Notes: a model not told the origin generated them from the letters alone. Counted from the first letter of the stretch, positions 11,219 through 22,890 are shown. The stretch is DNA of 64,000 bases from an uncultured virus (IMG/VR IMGVR_UViG_3300024272_000072) (IMGVR_UViG_3300024272_000072); one strand, 5' to 3'. Made by a program: numbers and translations.

Positions 11219-12973
11219 ATGGCATGAGTTGAATATGATTTGAAATTAAAAATCACGGCGGAGAACCAAGCAACCGCCGAGCTTCAAAAAATGAACTCGC
11301 AAATTACAAACATTGGTAAAGTTATTTGATGACGGGCAGTTTGAAAAACTTTATTAAAGGGTGTAAAAAATGTTGCGGACGAAGTTTTAACGTTATGATG
11401 AAATTTGGAACAAGCGGAAGTTGCTTTTACAACCATGCTTTGAAGTGGGGAAGAAGCAACCAAAATGTTAAAAGATTTAACAAATTTTGCGAAGAAAACA
11501 CCATTTGAATTAACTTGAATTAGGGATAATGCGAAACAATTATTGTGAATGTGAATTGAAGCGGAAAAAATAATTCCAACATTAAAAAGTTTGGGTGACG
11601 TTTCCGCATGATTAAGTATTGATTTAAGCCGTGTTGCTTTGAATTACGGACAAGTAAGAAGCCAAGGAAAATTGACTTGAAGGGAATTAAGGGATTTTAT
11701 GATTCAATGAGTTCCTTTATTGGACGAATTATCAAAGAACCTTGGAAAAACAACAACGGAAATTCAAGATATGATCAGTAAAGGATTAATCACATTTCCA
11801 ATGGTTGAAGAAGCTTTTAAAACCATGACAAGCGAAGGTGGAAGATTCGCAGATTTAATGGATAAACAAAGCCAAACATATCAAGGAATGGTTTCAAACT
11901 TGCATGACAGCTTTACATCAATTAAAGAATCAATTTGACGTGCAATATTACCAATTCTTGAAAGGATATTACCAATAATTGCAAATATTGTGGAAAAAAT
12001 CGCCGATTGGGTTGAAGCAAATCCAGAATTAGCGTCAACATTAACCGTTATTGTTGCGGGTGCGGTTGCGTTAGTTGGTGTTTTGTCTTGACTTGGTGCA
12101 ATTATTCCAATTGTGAGCGCTTGAATGTCAGTTTTAACTTGACCAATTGGGCTTGTTGCGGGTGCGATTGCATTATTAGCAACAGCATGGATTAATGATT
12201 GGGGTGGAATAAGGGAAACAACGGCGGAAGTTACGGAAAAAATAAGTGCGATACTTTGACCACGGTTTGAAAAGTTACATAATTGGTGGGTTGAACACGG
12301 AGAAACTGTAATGATCTATGTGGAAGAAATAATGGGTGCAATTGCAGATACAATCGGAACATGTCTTGAAATTATCGCAGTTACAATCGCCGGAACATTG
12401 GAAACAATCCAAGCATGAATTGCAATTTTCAAAGCAATATGGAATGGTGATTGGGAAGAAGTAAATAATATTGCGGTTGGTTGGGCTCAAAACATCGACG
12501 CATTATTAACCGAAGCTTTTGGTGATTTGTGGACAAACATAAAAAATGCTTTTAGAGAATGAATTGACACGGTTTTGGGTTGGGTTGAAAGTTTTGTTGG
12601 TGCTATTGAATGAGTTGTTGAAAGGATCAGAAACGCATGGAACAACGTAAAAAGTGCGGCTCAAAGCGTTGTTTCAAGTGCAAAAAGCAAATATGACAGC
12701 GCGGTTGCTTCATTTAAAAGTTGGTTTTCATGAAAAAAAGCTGGTTGATGACCAGTTGTAATGTGAAACACATATTTGGTTTGAGAAAAGTGACCGGAGC
12801 TTTTTGTTCCGAACCAAAGCGGAAAAATAATCCCAAATAATGAAATTACCAACAATAATTGAATCACAATAAATATTTCATGAGTAAGCGTAAGAAATGA
12901 CAACGATATTACAGCTCTTGCAAAAGAAATGATCAGACAAATAAAGTTGGAAAAACAATTTAATATTGCATAA
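11219..12973 (+). CDS. Tape measure protein
   Basis: FAKKTPFEL, LKSLGDVSAG, YGQVRSQGKL tape-measure domain; Trp-spaced repeats; VGEKGPELFVP. Confidence 0.9.
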
Positions 12974-13000
12974 AACATTTATTACATATAACAATTAAAA

Positions 13001-13834
13001 ATGGACAACATACTACTTAACAGCGGTTTATTATGAAATGCACCAAAGGGGAAGAAAAGCACATTTTCGGAAAGTGGTATGTTTGTTTTTAATTGATACA
13101 ATTTGCATAATTGAAAAACAAGAAGGGTGCTTGAATCAAACCACGATGACCTTTGAAATGTTGCATATGAAACATACGATTATTCAAGGGCGGATTGATG
13201 AAATGCGTTGAGTAAATATTACAGAACAAAAACAATTACAATAACCATGTGTCTGAGTGCGGACGATGAAAATGGCTTGAATGATTTAATTGACGAATTG
13301 AAGTTTCAAACAAGCAAAATGCAAGGTTATTTGGATATAATTATTAATTGACTTGTTAGAAGGTGGGAAGCAACATTGACAAGCTTGCAGTTCGGAAGAA
13401 AAGGTTATAATATTAATTTTTTGCAAAATGTGGTTTTAACTTTTGAATGTGTGAATCCGTCAGCTTTCAATTTAACAAGTATTACAAACAGATATTCGGG
13501 ATTATCCGGAAATTATGCAACAGAATTAAATTATTCTTGAAAAGTGAATTGTTACCCAACAATTTATATTGTGGTGCAAAATGAAACAAATTTGACGTGA
13601 TTTCAAATTGACATGAATGGTTATAAATTCCAAATTTCGGGGGAATATCAAGCCGGAGATTTTATAATAATTGACGGAGAAACAAAGCTTGTAAAAGTAA
13701 ATGGAACAACAACGGCGTATGCATGACCATTTCCAGTTATTGAACCATGATTAAACCACATTGAAATTAGCATAAATTCGGGAGCAATTGCGAATTACGA
13801 CATGATTTTTATTTATAAGAAATTATTCTTGTAA
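13001..13834 (+). CDS. Distal tail protein (Dit)
   Basis: After tape measure; LTFECVNP, YSGKVNCYP, FPVIEPGLNHI. Confidence 0.7.
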
Positions 13835-14838
13835 TGATCAGATACGATATAAAAGCATATACAAAAGAAGGGACATATATTACAACTATTAATCCAAATG
13901 TTGTTATGAATGACATATCTTTTTCTTCAAACGTAAACGGGGGGCTTGGACAATTGAATTTAAACCTTGCGTTGAGTTTTGGGGATACAACGTTTCATGG
14001 TGGGGAAATAATAAAAGTGATACTTTATAATGAAAGATACAAGCAAGGAAAACAGATTTATATGTGATTTGTTTCGCAGATTTCAAGGGTGTATGATACA
14101 AACAAAGGATATATAAAACTGGTTTGTTTGTGAATTGCGAGTTTATTAACAAGCGTATTATTTACATGATCATATAGTGGAACGGCGGAAATAATATTGA
14201 ATGCAATTATTGCGGAGTTCAACAGCAATTACGCTTGAAGTTTAATTTCAGTTGGTGGAATTGATGAATACGAAGAAAATATAAATGTGGAATTTAAAGA
14301 TTGAACAAGTTGCCAAAAAGCAATCGAGCAAGTAAACGAAATCGCCAATTATTACCGGTTTATAAATGCAGAGTGAAAATTTTATTTCAGAAAAAAGGGA
14401 ACACAAACCGAGCACATCATGGCGAATAAACAAGAAGTTGAAAGCATGAATTTAAATTACAGCATTGAATCAATTGTAAACAGAATATTTGTCGCAAGAA
14501 AAGACGGAACAGTAAAAATGTATGAAGATGATATTTCGCAAAGTTTGTATGGAATAAAAGAAGAATACAGCAACCAGCAAAGCATAGTGGACGCAACAAC
14601 GCAAGACGAATTTGGAAATAATTATATCGCCCAATATTCAAATCCGAAGAATGCAAGCACGGTGGTTGTAAATAGCGAATACGATATTGAAAAAATTGAA
14701 CCGTGAGACACAATAACAATTGTAAATTCAGAATATGAAATAAAGAATTTAACAATTGAAAAAATAAATTATTCTCCAAGTAAAGTTACGTTGACTTTGG
14801 AAGAAAACGAAAGTTTATGGAGTGTAATCAGTGAATAA
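13834..14838 (+). CDS. Baseplate hub/Tal-like protein
   Basis: Synteny; SQSLYGIKE, IEPGDTITI. Confidence 0.6.
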
Positions 14839-14873
14839 AAGCCAAATTATTTTACATCTTATTATATTATATC

Positions 14874-17366
14874 ATGGTATTTGTGAAATTCAGAAACACC
14901 AATAATGCAAGTTCAACACTTATTGCCGATATATCAGCAAGTGCAACAGCATTATTAATTAAAGATTGAGATCAATCTTTATTTCCAACTCATTTTCCAT
15001 TTCTTTTGACTTTGGAACATTTGGATTCGGAAGAAAATGTTATTTTAAGGGAAATCGTAAAAGTAATATGAAGTAATCAAAATTCATTTACAGTTGAAAG
15101 AAGTGCGGGGGTTTGTGTTCAAGACGATACAGCTTCAAACAGAAGCCAAGACAACACAGCACATGCATTTTATTCATGAGATAAAGTTTCACTTTATTGG
15201 ACAGCCGAACAAGTAAGGGATATTCAAGAAAGGTTGGAAACAAGCGTAAACGATCCAGCAATTGCGGACGAATACGATAATACAGCAACATATGCAGTAT
15301 GAGATATTGTAATGTATAAAGGGGACAGATATTCATGCTCAACAGCCGTTTCAACACCGGAAGAATTTGACAGCACAAAATGGACAAAAGTTGGTGTTCA
15401 ATGCAACCTTGATTACATGCAACAAGAAATTGATTATTTAATGGCTTGAAGTGGTGCAACATCAGACCACCTTGAAGACCGTGGGCTTGTTTGAACGAAT
15501 TATGATATAAACACGGATAAATTATTCAGACAATTAACGCCAACATACGAAAACGCAACAAATGCAGTAAATATTGGAGATATAAACGACGATAAAGAAA
15601 TACACATTCAAAGACAAGGAAGTGGGACACAAAGCAATAAATTAAAGTTAAAAGTTAAATTGTGATGATCACCAACAACAAGTTTAATTGTGGAAGTTAG
15701 AAAATGAATCAGCGTAATTGATAGCGACACATGAGAAAGTTATTGGTATGGTGATTCAAATAATATAATAGCAACCGCAACTTTACCATATACAGATTTT
15801 GATTCAAACCGAAAAGACGTTGAAATTACATTAAATAATTCTTTTGGTTGAACCGAAGGGGAATTATTGGATATTGTATTATATCAAACAAGCCACACAG
15901 TAAATGCAAGCAATTATTATATTATTGGAATTGATTCAACACAAAAAAGCGACGCTTTTCAATGTATAAGAGTAAACGGAACAACTTATAAAAGAACACA
16001 TTTAATGCCGTATTGTATTTCGGATTGATTCGCAAGTATAATGATGGAACGTGTAACAACAAGCGGTGCATATGCATTGCCAAGAGTTCAAGCAACACTT
16101 GGAGAAATTACAAGGGTTACAACATACGGAAGACACATTGACGGAATTTGGCTTGACCACAATTCAGAAAGCACAATTGAATATATATCGTCAAGATATT
16201 TAACAATGACAATGTATATTGACGAAAGCAAATCTGATCCAAGCCAAATGATAACATATGGGGACGACGCAACAGATATGACAGCCGGAAGTTCAGATTG
16301 GGACGATTTCTTCGGTTATAGACCTTGTTTGTTGGACGCAAGCGGAAACGTTTATAAATATTTGAATCCATTGGATTATACAAAAGATATTGATTGAAAC
16401 GATGTTTCAAATTACGTAACTGGAACAGACGGAACATATAACGTAATGGTTGAATTTCCAAGGCGTGGTTTCAAAATGAGTAAATCATGAAGTATAATTA
16501 CAGTTTCAATAACAGACAATCCAGCAGATTACGCAAATGGTTTCCATTATTACGCACATACAAGGTGACCAGTTGATTTGAGCCAAGATGATACAAGTGC
16601 AAGTGAAATCCAATATGCAAAGGATTATTTCTATTTGGGAGCATATAAATGATATGTGCAAGATTCAAAATTAAGAAGTATAAGCGGAAAAATACCAACA
16701 ACAACGATTTATATTTATGACGCAAGAACAAACGCAAGAGCCAATTGAACCGGTTACGAACAAAGCGGATTTTATCAATTGGAAATCAGAAAAGCATATT
16801 ACGCAATGAAATATAAAAACATGAATTCGCAAGCAACACTTGGACGCGGATTTGTGGATAAAACAAGCGGTTGGAGTTCTACAAGTTGCCAAACATGAGC
16901 AACAAATTCAAGGTGATTGGATTATGGTGTAACAAGCACGGGAACGGACGTTTCTGTAAATAGAGTAAAATTTGCATGAATAGAAGATCCACGGGGAAAT
17001 GTTTGGGAATGGATAGATTGAATAAATTTAAACAATTACCATGCATATGCTTCATGCGACGCAGATAACTGGGTGCATGATTCAACAGCAACTCCATATT
17101 ATGATATTTGAACATTACCAAGCACATCAGATTCTTATATTAAAACAGTGCTTTGAACAACAAAAGGTTGATTCTTACCAGCAAGCGTCGGTGGAAGCGA
17201 TTCAACTTATTATTGCGATAATTACCGAGTTAATTCCGGTGCTCGCGTCGTGCTATCCGGTGCGTCTTGGAGTGATGCGTCGAAAGCAGGGGCTTTTGTG
17301 ATGGATCTGAGTTATACTTCTTCGGATCGTTACGCTATTTTCGGGGCTCGCTTGATGTTCCTTTAA
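14874..17366 (+). CDS. Tail fibre/receptor-binding protein; DGR target (C-type-lectin/FGE-like C-terminus)
   Basis: 830-aa frame; CBM5/12-like YDNTATYAVGDIVMYKG..KW; GIEDPWGNVWEWIDG; ends GASW..AGAF...FGARLMFL containing the VR. Confidence 0.85.
17235..17356 (+). repeat. DGR variable repeat (VR), phage A
   Basis: Aligns ungapped to 17631-17752; 23 mismatches counted, all opposite TR adenines. Confidence 0.95.
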
Positions 17367-17381
17367 TAGGAACATCAAGTG
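17349..17381. promoter_or_regulatory. Hairpin/cruciform at the VR 3' end (candidate DGR target-recognition element)
   Basis: CTTGATGTTCCT-ttaat-AGGAACATCAAG perfect 12-bp stem with the stop codon in the loop. Confidence 0.6.
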
Positions 17382-17409
17382 AACGTTTTAATTCACTGGT
17401 TCAAACAAA

Positions 17410-17577
17410 ATGGAAATCAAAATAATAATAAATACGGTTGAAGAAAAAGACGAAGAATTGATACTTTGACCGGATTGAATCCGAAGGGAAAGTAAAAAGC
17501 CAAAAATTGAAATAGTTGTAAACCAAAACAAAAAAGAAGAAAATAAAATCGAAAAAATTAATATTGATGAATTATAA
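17410..17577 (+). CDS. Small 55-aa protein in the avd position of the DGR
   Basis: MEIKIIINT...; positional homolog MEIKITIET... at 51175-51324. Confidence 0.6.
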
Positions 17578-17590
17578 AAAATATATTCTT

Positions 17591-17900
17591 GGGTAACGGA
17601 GAAACCGATATAAAATGAAGCAAAAATTTCAACAGTACTCACGTCGTGAAATCCAGTGCGAATTGGAATAATACGTCGAAAGCAGGGGCTTTTGTGATGA
17701 ATCTGAATAATACTTCTTCGAATCGTAACACTAATATCGGGGCTCACTTAATTTCCAAAACCATGTCAAGCTTGTTTTATTCCAAAAGAGTAAAGCGAGC
17801 AAATTAAAACGGCTCCGTTACCTTGGCTCTTGCCAAAACATAAAAACTTTTAAAGCCGTGTTAGTAGGTAATCCGAACGCTTGGTGACATGGAACATCAA
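17591..17900 (+). ncRNA. DGR template RNA (TR 17631-17752 plus structured spacer)
   Basis: AAT/AAC-rich TR; 5' GGTAACGGAG pairs with CTCCGTTACC (17813-17822); TGGCTCTTGCCAAAACATA shared with phage B. Confidence 0.85.
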
Positions 17901-17906
17901 ATAAAA

Positions 17907-18992
17907 ATGAAAACACACTGAAACTTATTTGAAAAAATAACAGATATTGAAAATATCAAAATTGCACATTATAACGCAAGAAAAGACAAAACATTTTATG
18001 GATCAGTAAGGGAAGTTGACAATAATTTGGAGAAAGTTGCCAAAGAAATTCAAGAAATGCTTGTAAATGAAACATACGAAATAAAAGAAAGTGATTATTC
18101 AACGGAATTTATAAACGATAAATGAAAAGAAAGAAGGTTGGATAAATTACAATATAATCCACATCGTATTGTTCAACGGGACATAACGCAAGCGTTAGAG
18201 CCGATATTCATGGAAGTATTTTGTAATTTCACATGTGCAAGTTTAAAAAATCGTGGTATACATTACGCATATAAATTGATGAAAAGATACATGAAAGATA
18301 GGGATTGAACGAAATATTGCTTGAAAATAGATATTAAAAAATTCTACCCGTCAATTGATCATGATATATTGAAACAATTATTAAGAAGAAAAATAAAAGA
18401 TAAAAAAGTATTAAGGTTATTGGATAAAACAATTGAAAGTGCTCCATGATGAAAGGGTGTGCCAATTTGAAGTTATTTATCGCAATATCTCGCCAATTAT
18501 TACCTTGCATATTTCGACCACCGGTTGAAAGAGAAATTACATGTAAAATATGTTGTAAGGTATATGGATGATATTGTGATTTTTAGTAATAGCAAAGAAT
18601 GGTTGCATGAAATATTGGGGAAAATTCAAGAATATTTGCATGAAAATTTAAATTTACAAGTGAAATGAAATTATCAAATATTTCCAACGGAGAAAAGGGG
18701 CGTGGATTTTGTGGGTTATAGGTTCTTTTATGATTACACACTTTTGAGAAAAAAGACAGCAACAAGAATGAAAAGGAAATTAAAACGAATCAAGGAACAT
18801 AAAACAGACAAAAACGAATTATTAAATTATTCGGAATGGTGCAGTATTAACAGTTATGTTGGGCGAATTATTTATTGCGACCATTACAGATTGTTTGAAA
18901 AATATATTGATCCAGTAAGAAAAAGTTTGAATAGATATTATTTTTATGTGATTTGTGAACAAAAACGAGAAAAAATTGAAAAGGTATTATAA
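17907..18992 (+). CDS. DGR reverse transcriptase
   Basis: YCLKIDIKKFYPSIDH, GVPIGSYLSQYLANYYL, YVVRYMDD, GVDFVGY, SYVGW. Confidence 0.95.
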
Positions 18993-19033
18993 AAACTTGA
19001 TTAAAAAGAAATATTGCGTTGCAAAATAAAAAA

Positions 19034-19066
19034 CAAGCTTTGATATTTTGACATCGTGATTATATT
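19034..19066 (+). promoter_or_regulatory. Putative late promoter (lysis region), phage A
   Basis: Second copy of the 2630-2662 motif. Confidence 0.5.
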
Positions 19067-19115
19067 ATATTTAAAGTTTGCTACAACTTATTTTAACCTT
19101 TTATGCATAAAGCAA

Positions 19116-19397
19116 ATGAAATTAACAGCGACAACAGAAAGCACATCAATTGCGGAATTAATAAACGATGACGCAGTGCTTGAAGCAATAGAAGCAAAAA
19201 GACAAGCCAACCAGCCAATTGAAGTGGAAATTTCCGTTGGTTCGGGTGATTCAATATTTTTGGAAACAATAGACGATGAAGCTTCAACAACAGATTCAAT
19301 TGAAGTTACAAGTTCAATCAGATTTAAAACTTTTGATTTGTGACAAGTTTTCGTTATTGCTTCGGATTCAACAGAATTTTTTATTACACTTGTATAA
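19116..19397 (+). CDS. Hypothetical protein
   Basis: Open frame with TGA=Gly. Confidence 0.5.
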
Positions 19398-19405
19398 AAT
19401 AAAAC

Positions 19406-19642
19406 ATGGAAATTTGAGCAAATACAACTCTTTATATAAGTTTGTGAACGATTATCGCCGTTGCGTTTTTTCTTTGGAAATTATCCGCAAGTATTACCAA
19501 ATTTCAAAAGGAAACAGAAATGCAACTTAAACAACATGAAGAAAGGTTGGATAAATTGGACAGTTTAGATTTGGACAGCAGATTAACGGAAATACAAACA
19601 AATTTAAAGCGAATAATGAAGAAAATGGAAGAAAGGAAATAA
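19406..19642 (+). CDS. Single-TM coiled-coil protein (XhlA-like lysis accessory)
   Basis: N-terminal TM then HEERLDKLD...NLKWIM. Confidence 0.45.
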
Positions 19643-19700
19643 AACGCACGCATGGAATAAAAAACATTGCTAATTTTTATTTTGCTTCAATACTCACCTA

Positions 19701-19946
19701 ATGAAACGAATTACAAAATTATCCGTCACCAAATTAACATTTTTAATAATTGTTTTGGAATTGTGTTTTTTGGTTTCATATGCCGTTATTGTAAACGTGG
19801 AAAATGAAACATTGAAGACAATATTAAATATATTCAGTTTTGCCGTAACTTCGATGATTTCTTTTTACTTTGGACAAAAAGTTGGAGAAATGAAGGAAGT
19901 GGACAGTTTAATAAAGGAAGAAACGGAAGAAGAAAACAAGATTTAA
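19701..19946 (+). CDS. Putative holin
   Basis: Two hydrophobic helices, ISFYFG, charged tail. Confidence 0.55.
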   Translation: MKRITKLSVTKLTFLIIVLELCFLVSYAVIVNVENETLKTILNIFSFAVTSMISFYFGQKVGEMKEVDSLIKEETEEENKI

Positions 19947-20075
19947 ACTTTACATATTAACATGTAAAGCATGAAAAAGTTTTGGATCATATTAATATTA
20001 ATAATTGTTTTATGGCTTTTATTAACGTCAAAAGTGCGATAAAAACAAGGGTTTTTATCTCGCCAAAAAGAAAAT

Positions 20076-20354
20076 ATGAGCAAAAAAGAAATATTATATT
20101 CAAGACATCACCTTTTGCCAACAAGCCAGCATGGAGCGAATAACAGCACAAACGTTGAATTAATAAGGGATACTACCCACAGAGCAATACATACATTATT
20201 TGAAAACAAAATGATTGCGGAACAATTAATAAGAACGGTTGAAATAAGCGAAAAAGCATTAAGGGAAGATGTAAAAGAATGGTTGCTTGAAACATTAACA
20301 AGCAAAAACATTTATGATCCATACGAACGATACAAAGACAAAGTTATTCAGTAA
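20076..20354 (+). CDS. Small HNH-like protein (homolog 54606-54884)
   Basis: HHLLPTSQHGANNSTNVELI...HRAIH. Confidence 0.65.
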   Translation: MSKKEILYSRHHLLPTSQHGANNSTNVELIRDTTHRAIHTLFENKMIAEQLIRTVEISEKALREDVKEWLLETLTSKNIYDPYERYKDKVIQ

Positions 20355-20378
20355 AATTTACTTTCTAATTATAAAAAC

Positions 20379-21242
20379 ATGGAAGAAATTATTTATGGTT
20401 GTTTGTGAATCGGTGAAGAAAACACCGATTATTTACTTTGTGACGGCGACATTGATTCGTTGCCAAACCTTTATAAACAAAATGAAACAAGGTTTGAATA
20501 CAACCAAGCAAATCAAAGCCGGAGTAAGGTTTCATGCACAATATTCAGTGCAATGGGTATGGTTTCAGATTTAATGGATTATGAATTTTCGCTTGATGAA
20601 TTAAAAGAAGTGGACGAGCTTTCATATGAGAAATGAAGAATAAGGGGACAAGGTTGGTATGTTAAAAGTGCGGTTGATCTTGTTTGTAAATGGTGGAATG
20701 AAAAACACAGTGATTTATGAAAAATTGCATATTATAGAATAAGCAAATTTTCAGAAAGGTTGGACGAAATATTGGAAAAGTGATATACAATAAACGGTAA
20801 CTTTTGCCCAACTGGGGAATATTCCGCAGATTATAGAAAAGATGCAATATTGGATTGATACGATTTCGGAATAAATAAAAATGGACATGCAATTGATATA
20901 ATTTGGAATAATGGAAAAAGAAGTGTTAAAGATTCATACAAGGGAAGAAAAACAAGCGATTGAAAGAAAGATTGCAACAGATACGAATTAAAGCACAAAG
21001 TTTCAGAATTAACAAATTATTGAACATGGTTTTATTTGTTTACAAAGGTTGCGGAAGATAACCTTGAAAGAGTAAAGGAATTAAACGAATTCAAAACATT
21101 AATATTACAAACAATTGATAATAATAGCAAAATGCGACATTTAACGGAAGATACAACATATCAAAATAAATTACATACAATGAATGAAAGCAACCGCGCA
21201 AAACTGGAAGATATAAACGCACAACTAAAAAAGCTTTCATAA
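20379..21242 (+). CDS. Papain-like cysteine peptidase, candidate endolysin
   Basis: YNQ...SCTIFS, NGHAIDI, VKDSY catalytic-triad-like pattern; in lysis cassette; homolog 55351-56217. Confidence 0.55.
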
Positions 21243-21299
21243 AAAAATAAGATTTTGCATTTTGTAAGAAAAAAGATATATTACATTTGCAAGTGTGTA

Positions 21300-21330
21300 A
21301 GACAGAACCGCAAGTTCTGTTTTCTTTTTT
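21300..21330 (+). terminator. Intrinsic terminator
   Basis: AGACAGAAC-cgcaa-GTTCTGTTT then T run. Confidence 0.6.
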
Positions 21331-21461
21331 ATTCAAAAAATCAGTTGCACATCGTAAAATGTGCGATTTTATCTTGAAATAACTATTGACAAAAATTAAA
21401 ATATATACATTGCATAAGTAAAACGTAGAGCCAATATTATTTATTTGCTTTTATTTTTAAA

Positions 21462-22394
21462 ATGAAAAATTTAATATTCGACTTTTTACAATATGCAAAA
21501 GACATACATTATAGGACAAACGATGTTTTGAATCATTACAAATATGATTTATTAAACATGCACCAATACATATTATATAAAAAATGAGAATTCCAAATAA
21601 ACGTTGAAAATATAACAATGCAAGATTGCGTTTCATGGATTGAAACATACAAGGAAAATAGAAAAGTTTCAAGAAACACGATAGCATGAAAAGCAAATTC
21701 ATTGCGTCAATTCTTTAAATATTGTGCAACAATGGGTTATAAATTACAATTCAACGTGGAACAATTACCAATAATAAAAAAAGAAAGGAAACCATACGAT
21801 ATGATGAATAAAGACGAATACGAAATATTTTTAAAAGCACCAACGCTTTATGAAGAAATACCAATAATTGCACAAAGAAACGAATTATTAATTGAAATAC
21901 CATATAAAACATGATTACGCCGTGCGGAAATATTACGTTGTAAATTCGAGCATTTTCATTCATGAAACAGACAATTCCAAATATTGTGAAAAGGTGGATA
22001 TTATGATCGAGTGTTTTTTACTCCGGAATTATGAGAAAAGGTTTTACAATACGAAGCCAATTTAAAAGAATACACCAAAAAAAGACCGATTAAATCGGAC
22101 TTTCTTTTTGTTGGTTTGGATAATAAGAACCGATGAAGACAACTTGCACCAAAATATATAAACCTTGTATTTAACAAATATTCGGAAAAATTAATTGAAG
22201 AATGAAAATTGAAAAGAAGATTACACCCGCACATGGAACGCCACGCATTCGCCACAAATTGCGTTTATGCATGATTAAGCCAACAAGCAACAACACGTTT
22301 AATGAGACATCGTGATCCAAAAACCACAGAATGATATTACCATATGAATGATACTTGGTTGAAATCACAATTTGATATGATAACACACACATAA
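21462..22394 (+). CDS. int: Tyrosine recombinase/integrase
   Basis: TGLRRAEI, HMERHAFAT, LMRH..PKTTEGY catalytic R-H-R-H-Y. Confidence 0.9.
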
Positions 22395-22511
22395 AAATTA
22401 AAATGTAAAGCGAATCAAACATTTTAAGATTTTCGTAACACGCGAAAACCATAATTAAAAACAAGGTTTTCAATACCTTGTAATTTTCTCGTAAAAAAAG
22501 TGCCAAAAAAT

Positions 22512-22539
22512 TTGCATTTTAAAAATTTTTGTATATAAT
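22512..22539 (+). promoter_or_regulatory. Early sigma70-type promoter
   Basis: TTGCAT-16-TATAAT; same boxes and spacing at 58007-58034. Confidence 0.6.
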
Positions 22540-22544
22540 AGACA

Positions 22545-22733
22545 TTGTTAAACAAGATACACATTTGCGAAATTTCTTATTCTTGTTATTCAATAACACT
22601 TATACATTCGATATGGTGAGTGTGTGGAAACAAGCCAACAGAAATAAAGCAATGTGTATATAGCCACATTGCTTTTTCATAATTACTTATGCATAAGGTT
22701 CTACAAGTGAAAAGCAAGGCGATTGTTTAACAA
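22545..22733 (+). ncRNA. Structured early-leader RNA (putative trans-acting regulator), phage A
   Basis: Perfect 11-bp closing stem TTGTTAAACAA/TTGTTTAACAA starting at the expected TSS; inner stem 22669-22679/22708-22717. Confidence 0.55.
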
Positions 22734-22757
22734 AGGAAACAGAGCTTGCGGATCACG

Positions 22758-22820
22758 AAAGCGACCATATGAGTCAACTGGGCGACCGCAAGCGTTTCAG
22801 TTGATTCATATGGTCGCTTT
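22758..22820 (+). promoter_or_regulatory. Long hairpin in the early leader
   Basis: AAAGCGACCATATGAGTCAACTG pairs with CAGTTGATTCATATGGTCGCTTT. Confidence 0.6.
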
Positions 22821-22890
22821 AATTTGTGAAAATTCACATGTGAATCAATGCTACTACACACCATTTTATTTTCTGTATGAAACAAGGATC

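Noticed and set aside
17907..18992. RT as group II intron, retron or Abi RT
   Set aside because: Adenine-specific VR/TR pair and the SQ motif identify a DGR RT; no intron-type extension seen
22395..22510. attP site after the integrase
   Set aside because: No host flank or duplicated core visible in the window; cannot be supported
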